Notes: a model not told the origin generated them from the letters alone. A DNA stretch of 63,007 nt, filler included, from Craspedostauros australis (GCA_030167865.1; 12 parts of 12 records of this genome joined end to end with filler, not necessarily neighbours in it); one strand, 5' to 3'; counted from the first letter of the whole stretch, positions 35,350 to 46,400 are shown. Numbers and translations are program-made.

Positions 35350-35509
35350 GCGCGGTGGCTGTGCTAGCCGTCGTATCGTCACATTTTGGTTGCATTCGGG
35401 ATGTACCTGCTGCATGCCCCACATGTGGACACCGCAGGGCGCTCAGCCCACCAATCAGGAGCAGAGCCCATGATTGACCACCCTTGGGTACTGTTGCGCA
35501 GCGCCGAGG

Positions 35510-38500
35510 TCAAAAGAGGACCCGTTGTGCTTGTTCCTTTCGTCTCGGTCCTTGTTGTTGCTTCGTGAGCATGTCGGATAGGTTGGTTTCGGATGGTTCA
35601 TGCTGTACCACCAAGATACCCGCTGCGATGCTTTCTCTGACGAAGTGATATGCAATGGCATTGGCTTTCTTCCGCAATTGTGATTCTGGTAGTGAGGAGT
35701 TGTACACCACACTCTGATTGTCGACCCTTACATCCGCTGGACCATCTAGTGGAATGCCCATCATACGGAGTTTGTATCTCATGCCGATAATGATTTCAGT
35801 GGCGACCTTGAGCGCTGTGAATTCGCTGCCGAATGTGGATGTCTCAATGCTGTTCTGTTTCTTGCTGTACCATAGTATCGGTGATGTGTTTAAGAACAAG
35901 AGCACGCCGGTGCGTGAGCGTCGCGTGACGCGGTCACCTGCATGATCAGCATCAACAAAGCACGTCATTTGGACTTCCTTTCCGCGTGGCGGTGGCATGT
36001 CAGCAGGTAGTTGTTCATGAGCATCTGGGTAGAAATCGTTCCAGTTGGGTTGCATCACAGGCGGTTTATCAATGTATGCATCATCAAAAACAAGGCGAGA
36101 ACGATCGTGAGATTTGAGGTATGCGAACATGTGAAAGAGAGCATGCAAGTGGCCAATTCGTGGCGCAACACAGTACGATGCCATCATCGAGGTCTCGCAG
36201 CAAATGTCAATGCGTCCGAGCTCAACAGTCCAGCGCAGGATGCCAATCAATTGTTGATAGAACGTCGTTTGTTCAGTGTCACACAGTTGTGATCCGTCCA
36301 GTTCCGGTCGATAGTTGTTTGGTAGGACGCTGGGTGCTTTCGTCTTTAGTCGTAGACTGTGTTCAGTGAGGTATTTGGTGACGATCTTGAGAGCGGATTT
36401 GATGTATTCTTGTGAGCCCATGCTCCATTTGGGGCGTGATGGATCGGCAGTGAGATGGAATTGTGAGATAGTAGATCCAAGGTATGTTGTTGGAGGGCCA
36501 ATGGAACTCGGTTTGAGGAAAAAGTGTGAGTCAATCGCATCAAGGATGCGTCGTGGTTGTTTGGATACAGCAAGGATGTCGTCGGTGTACACGAGCACGT
36601 ATTCGTAATATTCTGACCCATCGCTCGCAACAGCTGGTTTCATCCAGACGTCGCTGTCAGCACGGCAGGAAATGAATCCCAACGAATCGCGCAGTGTTTC
36701 TGCCAGATGCGCTCTCCATGCTGCTCCACTTGATTTCAGTCCATACAGGGCCCGACAAATGATTGCGATCTTCCCCTGATCGGATCCGAATTCCGGACCA
36801 CACCGTGTGTATATGCGTTCCCGGCACGGGGCGTTCAGATACGCATTCTGAACATCCGCAGCAAGGATGTCCAAGTCATTGAGTGCAGCGATCAAGAACG
36901 CAATGCGTACGCTTTCGCGTGACACCACACTCGCGTATGTGATTGTTGCAGGCGCTTCCGTCATGTGTCCCCCAGCGACAAGCCGCGCCTTTCTTGTGAG
37001 GTCCACCTTGACGGCGAATATCATGTGGCATTCCATGTATTGGTAGCCCACGGGGTCAGGAGTGTCAAGTTCTTTGATGTCGAACGCTGGTCGCACGGCC
37101 TTCATTTCTTTTGCGATGGCTTGTCGCCACAGATCCGTGCCTGTAGCCGCGTCGATCGCAAGTGCATGACGCACTGAGGTAGGGAGCTCCACGCCAAACA
37201 TCTCGTTCTTTCGGACGTGTCGCCGCTTCGTTGCCATGATGATGCGTTGTCGTTTACGTAGGGTATGTGGCACCCACCACTTGAATGCAGGTTCGTTGAC
37301 AAGCTTGTTGTCTGCAGCATATTCAGCAACGCGTACTGGGTCGGCTTCTTTTGCGTCGCGTAGATGGATCCAGGATGTGGATCCGTCCTTCCATCGGATG
37401 CAGAGCTTCCAGCCTTTTGTGGATTTGGAGTGAGGAGAAGGGGAAGAAACAGAGGGCAAGCGTTTGTGATCGATGATTTCATCCATCAGCATAGTCGTGT
37501 ATCCGTCGTCGTCAATGCGCGCGTAGATATTCTCCGCAATTTGGTTGGCGCTGAACACTTCGTGGTGTCCATCAAGGAACTCCACTTCGTATTGTGCGGT
37601 GTCAAGCATAGGATTCGGATGGGATCGGCCGATGAGGTTGCCTTCTGTGTCTCGTTTGCGTTGTTTGACTGTTCCGTGTTGCATTTCGTCCCCTGTCGGT
37701 AGGATGACTTTGGTTGCGATGTATTTGTCGAAGATGGCACTGTCAACATCGTCTGGTTCCATGATTTGTTCCAGTGGTTCGGTGTTCTGCAGGATGTCGA
37801 TGTCTTCGGCGGTATCGTCAACGTCGTCGCCGTCGTCATCGATGGTGATGCCCTCCATTCGTTGCTTCCATTTGGATCGAAGTGTGTCCATGAACTCGTT
37901 GCATTTGTGTGCGATTACGTCGCTATGTGTGTCATCGTGGGAGAGAGGCAAAACAGAGGATTTAGAAACAACAACGCCGTTGGCAGTAAGGATGTACGAG
38001 CACATTGCGTCACCAACAGAGCGGCTTGGCCCAAGGTAGCGACCAAGTTGCTTGACGTTCATTGACGCGTCTTGAATGTTGATATACCACACGAAGTCGA
38101 ACCAGCCAAACTCAGCGATGTGAGAGATGTCAGCAGTATCACCGGACAATATGGTTGCGGGTGTCTCGCCATGAAGATCATGGATAGCGATCGCGGTGTG
38201 ACTGCGTATCTCGGCACAGTATTCGAAGCAGTAATCCCACAGGTATTCTGGTGTGTCGGTCGAAGTCATCAAGCGTCGGTAATGCCGTCGCAGTTCGCGG
38301 ATGGTGGCTTCTGCTTTGTTCTGATTGTGGATGTATGCTTCAATTGGTCGGATGGAAACTTGTGCTCTATGCAGCTTGCGACGGAATTCGCCAGCTACGA
38401 GCTCCTTGGCGTTGTCAGGGATGATGGTGTGTGGGATACCGTGGTCACGAAACAGTTCGTCGAGTGTGCGATGTGCTTCTTTGCGTTCTGCCATTGGGTA

Positions 38501-39376
38501 CACCCGGACCCAGTGAAACGGGGTACAGTAGATCATGGCGCACTTGTTGCCACGAATCGACTTGGTCTTTGCGTGCATGGTGTCGGCGTAGAGTTGGGTG
38601 TTGAGCCGACGATATCGTAGTTGCATGGCGTACGGATTGAGACGTCGTGTACCTGATGTATGACGAAAGTCACGAATGGCCAACTGTGTGGTTGCATCAA
38701 GTGTGCGTGATGCGGCTTCCGTTCCGATACGCCAACGTTGCGCGAGGACATCGGGTGTGATAGTCCCCTTTCGACTGGATGTATGGGTGCCATGGATGTT
38801 GATGGATGATATGGTTCGTTGTGATGAGAGAGATGCTCGGATGGCGTCTTCGTCGTCACCTGACGACCACTGGGATGGGTCCCATGTGGCCTCTTGTGTC
38901 ATCATGACGTGGATGCAATCACGGTCGGATTGGACTTCTTGTTGTGTTGGCTTCCTAATGTGGAAGTAGGATACGGTACCCTGTAACCGTAATGGGATGT
39001 GTAGGTCGTCGTCGGATGAGACCACAGAATGGTCTTCCTGTTTCCGTTCGTGCTCTTTAATCATGAGCAGAGGAACATCATTCACGACTATACCCGCAGC
39101 CCTCATTTGATTTGGGCACAACAAAGGATGTTCAAGACGAGGAAAGTAGATCGATTGTGGAAAGAACAGAATAAATGTTTGATATGTAATTGGATCATCG
39201 TATGCTATCGCAGCTGTGACGATTGGTGCATTATCGATGGATCCAAGTGAGTCAATAAAGGGGGTTGCAGTGACGGTTTGATCGGTCTGATGCACAATGT
39301 ACGCAGTATCACCAAAGCAACATGTATCCGCATGCGAATCGAGCTCTGCCCGTGGGGTATCAGATGACAGAGACAT
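35510..39376 (-). CDS. pol: Pol polyprotein (protease, integrase, chromodomain-like segment, RT, RNase H), copy 1
   Basis: PR LDSHAD; IN YADT/PDNA/QNKAE; RT KARLVAGGH, DVQNAYL, ALYGLKSSG, YTDD; RNase H FVDADHA, DNQSV, DMLTK. Confidence 0.96.
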   Translation of the reverse strand: MSLSSDTPRAELDSHADTCCFGDTAYIVHQTDQTVTATPFIDSLGSIDNAPIVTAAIAYDDPITYQTFILFFPQSIYFPRLEHPLLCPNQMRAAGIVVNDVPLLMIKEHERKQEDHSVVSSDDDLHIPLRLQGTVSYFHIRKPTQQEVQSDRDCIHVMMTQEATWDPSQWSSGDDEDAIRASLSSQRTISSINIHGTHTSSRKGTITPDVLAQRWRIGTEAASRTLDATTQLAIRDFRHTSGTRRLNPYAMQLRYRRLNTQLYADTMHAKTKSIRGNKCAMIYCTPFHWVRVYPMAERKEAHRTLDELFRDHGIPHTIIPDNAKELVAGEFRRKLHRAQVSIRPIEAYIHNQNKAEATIRELRRHYRRLMTSTDTPEYLWDYCFEYCAEIRSHTAIAIHDLHGETPATILSGDTADISHIAEFGWFDFVWYINIQDASMNVKQLGRYLGPSRSVGDAMCSYILTANGVVVSKSSVLPLSHDDTHSDVIAHKCNEFMDTLRSKWKQRMEGITIDDDGDDVDDTAEDIDILQNTEPLEQIMEPDDVDSAIFDKYIATKVILPTGDEMQHGTVKQRKRDTEGNLIGRSHPNPMLDTAQYEVEFLDGHHEVFSANQIAENIYARIDDDGYTTMLMDEIIDHKRLPSVSSPSPHSKSTKGWKLCIRWKDGSTSWIHLRDAKEADPVRVAEYAADNKLVNEPAFKWWVPHTLRKRQRIIMATKRRHVRKNEMFGVELPTSVRHALAIDAATGTDLWRQAIAKEMKAVRPAFDIKELDTPDPVGYQYMECHMIFAVKVDLTRKARLVAGGHMTEAPATITYASVVSRESVRIAFLIAALNDLDILAADVQNAYLNAPCRERIYTRCGPEFGSDQGKIAIICRALYGLKSSGAAWRAHLAETLRDSLGFISCRADSDVWMKPAVASDGSEYYEYVLVYTDDILAVSKQPRRILDAIDSHFFLKPSSIGPPTTYLGSTISQFHLTADPSRPKWSMGSQEYIKSALKIVTKYLTEHSLRLKTKAPSVLPNNYRPELDGSQLCDTEQTTFYQQLIGILRWTVELGRIDICCETSMMASYCVAPRIGHLHALFHMFAYLKSHDRSRLVFDDAYIDKPPVMQPNWNDFYPDAHEQLPADMPPPRGKEVQMTCFVDADHAGDRVTRRSRTGVLLFLNTSPILWYSKKQNSIETSTFGSEFTALKVATEIIIGMRYKLRMMGIPLDGPADVRVDNQSVVYNSSLPESQLRKKANAIAYHFVRESIAAGILVVQHEPSETNLSDMLTKQQQGPRRKEQAQRVLF

Positions 39377-39412
39377 GCTAACGGATGTGAGCCGTCTCGT
39401 ATGACCTTGCGG

Positions 39413-40900
39413 TCAGGAACGTCCTTGTTGGTTGCGACGGGTAGCCATGCTGCCAATTCCAGCCTGATTGTTGGTGCCAGATGGGCTACCGCCTTGATTA
39501 GCAGCATCAGTTGGTCCGTAATGGCCAGCCGTCTCTTCATGCGGACGTTTCGATGGTGTGTTTCTGCCCACCGACATGACCCCACGGCGTTTGTCTCGTT
39601 CAGCACGCATCTCAAGTGCCTTGGTCTTCTGTGTGGATGACATGACCGACCATTCGTCGGGTGAGTAATGGCGATCAGTAATGACCATGTTCGGATCATA
39701 TTTCTTGGGTTTGCCTTGACCTCCACGGCCACCCTTGCTTGGGGTTCCGTTACGGTTGCCACGACCGCCTTTGCCGCGATCCATCGAACCAATGGAGCGT
39801 CTGGGTGACGCGATCTGTTTATGGTCAATGACTTCGCTCAGGACATTGATGGCTCCTGGTAGGTCTTCACGAAGAGCTTCGTTGATCTTGATAGCAACGC
39901 ATGCACTGTCGAGGCGAGAATCGCGGATACCATCGAGGAAATGGCGCACTTTCGCCGCGTTCACGAGTGGTTCACCGCATCGTGCCATATCCTCGAACGC
40001 GCCTTTCATGATTTGTGCGTATCGTTCAAAGGTGAATTGACGCGATTTGCCGTCATAGAAGCTGGTAGCGATTGTCTTGGATGCAGCGGCCTTGGTGCGC
40101 GCCTGAAAGGAGTCACCGTGATAGTGTTCCTTGAGTGCGATGAATGCTGCACGACCATTGCGTGCACGCTCAAAGCCTTGGACCCATGCCCATGCAGGTC
40201 CGCCGTGAGTGACGTGGCGAACCACCTGCCACACCTTGGCGTTGTCGGCGTCGTATCGAATGCCTGCATGAATCGCCCGGTCAATGAGTTCCTCCTTCAT
40301 GGTTGGCACACCAAACCCGGTGTTGACTGGAGGCGTGCGATCTTCAGGTTTGCGTGCGTCCTCACGGATCACATAGGAGAGCGGAGCATCAAATGCACCA
40401 TGTGTATTCTCCAAGAAGTTCTGGATGTCTTCGAGACTGTCACGGACTCGGTCCACTTTGACCAGCCGTTCTGGCATATCCATCTCGGTTTCCTTCTTAA
40501 TGCGTTGTTCCTCGAGAAAGAGCTCCCATAACGCAACAAGGCGGTCCATTGTTGCCTCTGCTGCTGTGAACGGGCGTTGAATGCGTTGGAAATGGAATCG
40601 TGCGTAACGCAGTTGACGCAGTTTGGTCTCATGCACCCATCCGATGCTGATGCCTGGATCCTTGATTTGTGGTGGTACGTTGCCTTTGGCTCCTGCCTTG
40701 TAGGCGGGGTTTTCGATGAACCCGCTGCCGTCACAGATGCGCTTGCACAGGGCAGTAACGCCTTCATCGGTGATGGAGAGGAAGTCGTCGAATTTGGTCA
40801 GACCTTGATCTTCAAGAGCGTCGACGATGTCATCGTCTGGGAAACTCAGTACGTTCTTGCAATAGTCACGTATTTCGTTGGCGTTTGCAGCGGCTGCCAT
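39413..40900 (-). CDS. gag: Gag-like protein, 495 aa, copy 1
   Basis: Directly upstream of and in frame with pol; PLSYVIR, DNAKVW, NGRAAFIALKEHY.G, KVRHFLDGI; basic Gly-rich C-terminus. Confidence 0.88.
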   Translation of the reverse strand: MAAAANANEIRDYCKNVLSFPDDDIVDALEDQGLTKFDDFLSITDEGVTALCKRICDGSGFIENPAYKAGAKGNVPPQIKDPGISIGWVHETKLRQLRYARFHFQRIQRPFTAAEATMDRLVALWELFLEEQRIKKETEMDMPERLVKVDRVRDSLEDIQNFLENTHGAFDAPLSYVIREDARKPEDRTPPVNTGFGVPTMKEELIDRAIHAGIRYDADNAKVWQVVRHVTHGGPAWAWVQGFERARNGRAAFIALKEHYHGDSFQARTKAAASKTIATSFYDGKSRQFTFERYAQIMKGAFEDMARCGEPLVNAAKVRHFLDGIRDSRLDSACVAIKINEALREDLPGAINVLSEVIDHKQIASPRRSIGSMDRGKGGRGNRNGTPSKGGRGGQGKPKKYDPNMVITDRHYSPDEWSVMSSTQKTKALEMRAERDKRRGVMSVGRNTPSKRPHEETAGHYGPTDAANQGGSPSGTNNQAGIGSMATRRNQQGRS

Positions 40901-41394
40901 GTTGATGATGTTCGTGTGTAGCGTTGTTGCTAATGATAAGGGAAAGAAGTAGTGCAGGAAAAAGGATTTGTGTTGTCAAGAAAATCACACTGGGACATAG
41001 TGTGTTTTCGACGTGAAAATGGTTCAACGTGTGTTTTTCACGGTGTCAGTCCACGATGAGAAGCACAGACCGGGCAACAAGGCACGCGATCTTTTCGCTG
41101 ATGACAGCGTGTGTCTCATTAAGGATTTCCGCGTGACCTACGGTCGGTGCGTCCACCAGTGTCATCAACACCTCGCAACGCGAACGGTGAGATTGCATCC
41201 CGTTGACGCCGGTCACATTGCGTCAACACATCATGGTCAAAGAGGATGCAGCACAGTACAAGCAGTGCCGGCTTGGTGACGGTCCACCCTCGGAGCGGGG
41301 TCCCAGTATTATCGTCGCCTCTTCAGGCGGTCCCTGCACGCTCGCACATGCCCGCATGAGCGGATGAGAATGATAAACCAAGTTACGACACACG

Positions 41395-41537
41395 TGAAAC
41401 CGATTTAGAGTGAAAAAGAGTAAAGATGCAGATTATGAGTCTTATCGATGTCGTATGCGTCAGTGTGTTGACTGCATTACTGTGTCGTCCATGAATGGTA
41501 ACAGCGTCTATCGTGTAACGTCGTTTCAACGGTTTCA
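41395..41537 (-). repeat. Putative 5' LTR, 143 bp
   Basis: Bounded by the perfect 8-bp inverted repeat TGAAACCG...CGGTTTCA (TG...CA ends); lies about 490 nt upstream of gag and abuts unrelated transposase coding sequence. The partner LTR is not in the assembly. Confidence 0.75.
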
Positions 41538-43163
41538 TACATATCCCGGTTTGTCATCATCCAACACAGCCTCACTTTCTGTGTTGGCCTTCATTGTGTG
41601 AGCATCACACCACCTCTGATTCTCCAATTGCTTTTCTTCTCTCTGCAACTCCTCTTCTCTCTGCTCTTCCTCTGTTTTCGCTGGTGCATTGTGGATTGCC
41701 ACAATTGCGGATGCTGCTGTTGCTTTGTTTGTTGTGTTGGTTTCTGTCTTGGTGAGCACAGCCTCCTGGTTTTGTTTGCGTTGCTTGGCACTGTACGCTG
41801 CAAACAGCGACGCTTTCACGCGCATGGGATTTGCATGCAGTTGTACGTACCAGTCAGTTTTGGTTCTTTCGTTGCCCATCAATTGCTCGTGTGCTTCGTG
41901 TTCGGACGGTCTGTTTTTCGGGTCCTTCGCGGACGCTGCGCAGATGTCCTTCAATTTGTCCGCGATGTAGTCTGGTAGTTTGGCGTTGGTCCATGTTGTT
42001 TTGCTCGCCCAGCCTGGCACTGCGAGTGGTGGGTGTTCGGTTTCCGCCGTCTGGTCTTGTAGTGCTGTGGTGTGATCGGATGGTAGATGTTGTTGTCCGT
42101 CTTGGAGGGCTTTGCCGATCGTGAACGCCTTGCTCTCTGTTGCTGTACGCCCCATTTTGCGTGTCTTGTCCGTCTTCCTGAATGATTCGGACGTAATTGC
42201 CGGCTTGACGGACGTGAATGTTTTGTCCGCGATGACACCCAACTCGTTGATGATCCACCCTTCCCATTCAGCGCTCTTCACCACGACGTCTTCCGTGATT
42301 CCAGATACAGCCACCAACCGCGCCTGGTCATCATCGTACTTCACCTCGTGAGTCATACGTACCTGTTGTCCAGATGCGCGGAATCGTTGTTTTGGTGCGC
42401 CTGGAAGCGTCGTGATGTTGCCTTCGAGGGTCTCTGCGTTGACAAGTACCGTTGTCGTACCTGCGATGTTACCAGCTTGGAGCGTGAGGAAGACTTGGAA
42501 AGGGGTCTTGATGTCCTTGCCACTTTGCACGTATTTTCGCAGTACACGTGTGATGTACGCGAAGTGGGTGTCCAGCATGCTCTTACCNGTTTGGGCCTCC
42601 GTGTANATCCANGCGATGATTTTAGCTGCTTTTCGTGTCGCAAGGTTCTTGTTGAGTACCGATGTGATGAGCGCGATGTGCTCATGACTGGCAAAGCAAC
42701 ACGCGTTGTCGCTCTGTAGGATGATTTCAGTCACGGATGGGTGAATGTCTTTGACCTTTTGTTGCACGATGTCAAGTAGTCCGCCAACTTGAAGAGTGTC
42801 TTGAGTCGGTCTTCCACCGACCACAATGTCGATGAACCGATAAGTGAAAATGTCATTGCGACACGTGATGACCATTGCCCCAAGCAGTGACATTCCCTTC
42901 TTCCCCCAATATTCTTGTTGGGCTTCGCCTTGGCCTGTCGGTAGAATTTTTTGCTTATGGTCAAGTACCACATAGGCTCTTTCAGGCTTATCATTGAGTG
43001 TGGATTGATAAAATTTGATTTGTTGGAATTGAACTTTCGCACGCACTTTGTGAGCCATGTATTTAACGATTTCATTGGCGAATCCTGGCGCCGCCGCAAG
43101 CATTGATTGCAATTCGTCTTTGTGTTCTGCGAGTTCGTTGTCCTTAAGCATTTTGACAAAAGG
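41535..43163 (-). mobile_element. Sola3-like transposase fragment (copy B); 5' cut by linker, 3' apparently interrupted by the copia LTR
   Basis: Same motifs as copy A (LDHKQKILP, YWGKKG, QSDNACCF, GKSMLDTH) plus C-terminal PGWASK. Its stop codon is the first TGA of the LTR. Confidence 0.6.
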
Positions 43164-43263
43164 NNNNNNNNNNNNNNNNNNNNNNNNNNNNNNNNNNNNN
43201 NNNNNNNTTAATTAATTAANNNNNNNNNNNNNNNNNNNNNNNNNNNNNNNNNNNNNNNNNNNN
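43164..43263. other. Artificial contig linker
   Basis: N44-TTAATTAATTAA-N44. Confidence 0.99.
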
Positions 43264-43423
43264 GCGCGGTGGCTGTGCTAGCCGTCGTATCGTCACATTT
43301 TGGTTGCATTCGGGATGTACCTGCTGCATGCCCCACATGTGGACACCGCAGGGCGCTCAGCCCACCAATCAGGAGCAGAGCCCATGATTGACCACCCTTG
43401 GGTACTGTTGCGCAGCGCCGAGG

Positions 43424-46400
43424 TCAAAAGAGGACCCGTTGTGCTTGTTCCTTTCGTCTCGGTCCTTGTTGTTGCTTCGTGAGCATGTCGGATAGGTTGG
43501 TTTCGGATGGTTCATGCTGTACCACCAAGATACCCGCTGCGATGCTTTCTCTGACGAAGTGATATGCGATGGCATTGGCTTTCTTCCGCAATTGTGATTC
43601 TGGCAGTGAGGAGTTGTACACCACACTCTGATTGTCGACCCTTACATCCGCTGGACCATCCAGTGGAATGCCCATCATACGGAGTTTGTATCTCATGCCG
43701 ATAATGATTTCGGTTGCGACCTTGAGCGCCGTGAATTCGCTGCCGAATGTGGATGTCTCAATGCTGTTCTGTTTCTTGCTGTACCATAGTATCGGTGATG
43801 TGTTTAAAAACAAGAGCACGCCAGTGCGTGAGCGTCGCGTGACGCGGTCACCTGCATGATCAGCATCAACAAAGCACGTCATTTGGACTTCCTTTCCGCG
43901 TGGCGGTGGCATGTCAGCAGGCAGTTGTTCATGAGCGTCGGGGTAGAAATCGTTCCAGTTGGGTTGCATCACAGGCGGTTTATCAATGTATGCATCATCA
44001 AAAACAAGGCGAGAACGATCGTGAGATTTGAGGTATGCGAACATGTGAAAGAGAGCATGCAAGTGACCAATTCGTGGCGCAACACAGTACGATGCCATCA
44101 TCGAGGTCTCGCAGCAAACGTCAATGCGTCCGAGCTCAACAGTCCAGCGCAGGATGCCAATCAATTGCTGATAGAACGTTGTTTGTTCCGTGTCACACAT
44201 TTGTGATCCGTCCAGTTCCGGTCGATAGTTGTTTGGTAGAACGCTGGGTGCTTTCGTCTTTAGTCGTAGATTGTGTTCGGTGAGGTATTTGGTGACGATC
44301 TTGAGAGCGGATTTGATGTATTCTTGTGAGCCCATGCTCCATTTGGGGCGTGATGGATCGGCAGTGAGGTGGAATTGTGAGATAGTAGACCCAAGGTATG
44401 TTGTTGGAGGGCCAATGGAACTCGGTTTGAGGAAAAAGTGTGAGTCAATCGCATCAAGGATGCGTCGTGGTTGTTTGGATACAGCAAGGATGTCGTCGGT
44501 GTACATGAGCACGTATTCGTAATATTCTGACCCATCGCTCGCAACAGCTGGCTTCATCCAGACGTCGCTGTCGGCACGGCAGGAAGTGAATCCCAACGAT
44601 TCGCGCAGTGTCTCCGCTAAGTGTGCTCTCCATGCTGCTCCGCTGGATTTCAGTCCGTATAGGGCCCGACAAATAATTGCGATCTTCCCCTGATCGGATC
44701 CGAATTCCGGACCACATCGTGTGTATATGCGTTCCCGGCACGGGGCGTTCAGATACGCATTCTGAACATCCGCAGCAAGGATGTCCAAGTCATTGAGTGC
44801 AGCGATCAAGAACGCAATGCGTACGCTTTCGCGTGACACCACACTCGCGTATGTGATTGTTGCAGGCGCTTCCGTCATGTGTCCCCCAGCGACAAGCCGC
44901 GCCTTTCTTGTGAGGTCCACCTTGACGGCAAATATCATGTGGCATTCCATGTATTGGTAGCCCACGGGATCAGGAGTGTCAAGTTCTTTGATGTCGAACG
45001 CTGGTCGCACGGCCTTCATTTCTTTTGCGATAGCTTGTCGCCACAGATCCGTGCCTGTAGCTGCGTCGATCGCAAGTGCATGACACACTGAGGTAGGGAG
45101 CTCCACGCCAAACATCTCGTTCTTTCGGACGTGTCGCCGCTTCGTTGCCATGATGATGCGTTGTCGTTTGCGTAGGGTATGTGGCACCCACCACTTGAAT
45201 GCAGGTTCGTTGATGAGCTTGTTGTCTGCAGCGTATTCGGCAACGCGTACTGGGTCGGCTTCTTTTGCGTCGCGTAGGTGGATCCAGGATGTGGACCCAT
45301 CCTTCCATCGGATGCAGAGCTTCCAGCCTTTTGTGGATTTGGAATGAGGAGAAGGAGAAGAAATAGAGGGCAAGCGTTTGTGATCAATAATTTCATCCAT
45401 CAGCACAACCGTGTATCCGTCGTCGTCAATGCGCGCGTAGATGTTCTCCGCGATTTGGTTGGCACTGAACACTTCGTGGTGGCCATCAAGGAATTCGACT
45501 TCGTATTGTGCAGTGTCAAGCATAGGATTCGGATGAGAGCGGCCGATGAGGTGGCCTTCTGTGTCTCGTTTGCGTTGTTTGACTGTTCCATGTTGCATTT
45601 CGTCCCCTGCTGGTAAAATGACTTTGGTTGCGATGTATTTGTCGAAGGTTGCACTGTCAACATCGTCTGGTTCCATGATTTGTTCCAGTGGTTCGGTGTT
45701 CTGCAGGATGTCGATGTCTTCGGCGGTATCGTCAACGTCGTCGCCGTCGTCATCGATTGTGATGCCCTCCATTCGTTGCTTCCATTTGGATCGAAGTGTG
45801 TCCATGAACTCGTTGCATTTGTGCGCGATTACGTCGCTATGTGTGTCATCGTGGGAGAGAGGCAAAACAGAGGATTTAGAAACAACAACGCCATTGGCAG
45901 TAAGGATGTACGAGCACATTGCGTCACCAACAGAGCGGCTTGGCCCAAGGTAGCGACCAAGTTGCTTGACATTCATTGACGCGTCTTGGATGTTGATATA
46001 CCACACAAAGTCAAACCAGCCGAACTCAGCAATGTGAGAGATGTCAGCAGTATCACCGGACAATATGGTTGCCGGTGTTTCGCCATGAAGATCATGGATG
46101 GCGAGCGCAGTGTGACTGCGTATCTCGGCACAGTATTCAAAACAGTAGTCCCATAGGTACTCTGGTGTATTTGTCGAAGTCATCAACCGTCGATAATGCC
46201 GTCGCAGTTCGCGGATGGTGGCTTCTGCCTTGTTCTGATTGTGGATGTATGCTTCAATTGGTCGGATGGAGACTTGTGCTCTATGTAGCTTGCGACGGAA
46301 TTCGCCGGCTACGAGCTCCTTGGCGTTGTCAGGGATGATGGTGTGTGGAATACCGTGATCACGAAACAGTTCGTCGAGTGTGCGATGTGCTTCCTTGCGT

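Larger units (their letters stand above)
35350..41537 (-). mobile_element. Ty1/copia LTR retrotransposon, CoDi-like, family A copy 1; 5' LTR present, 3' LTR lost at the contig edge
   Basis: Domain order gag-PR-IN-RT-RNaseH; intact ORFs; second copy at 43264..49184. Confidence 0.95.

Noticed and set aside
41431..41441. GATTATGAGTC as a half-tRNA-Met primer-binding site
   Set aside because: It is on the wrong strand for the minus-strand element and lies inside the putative LTR.
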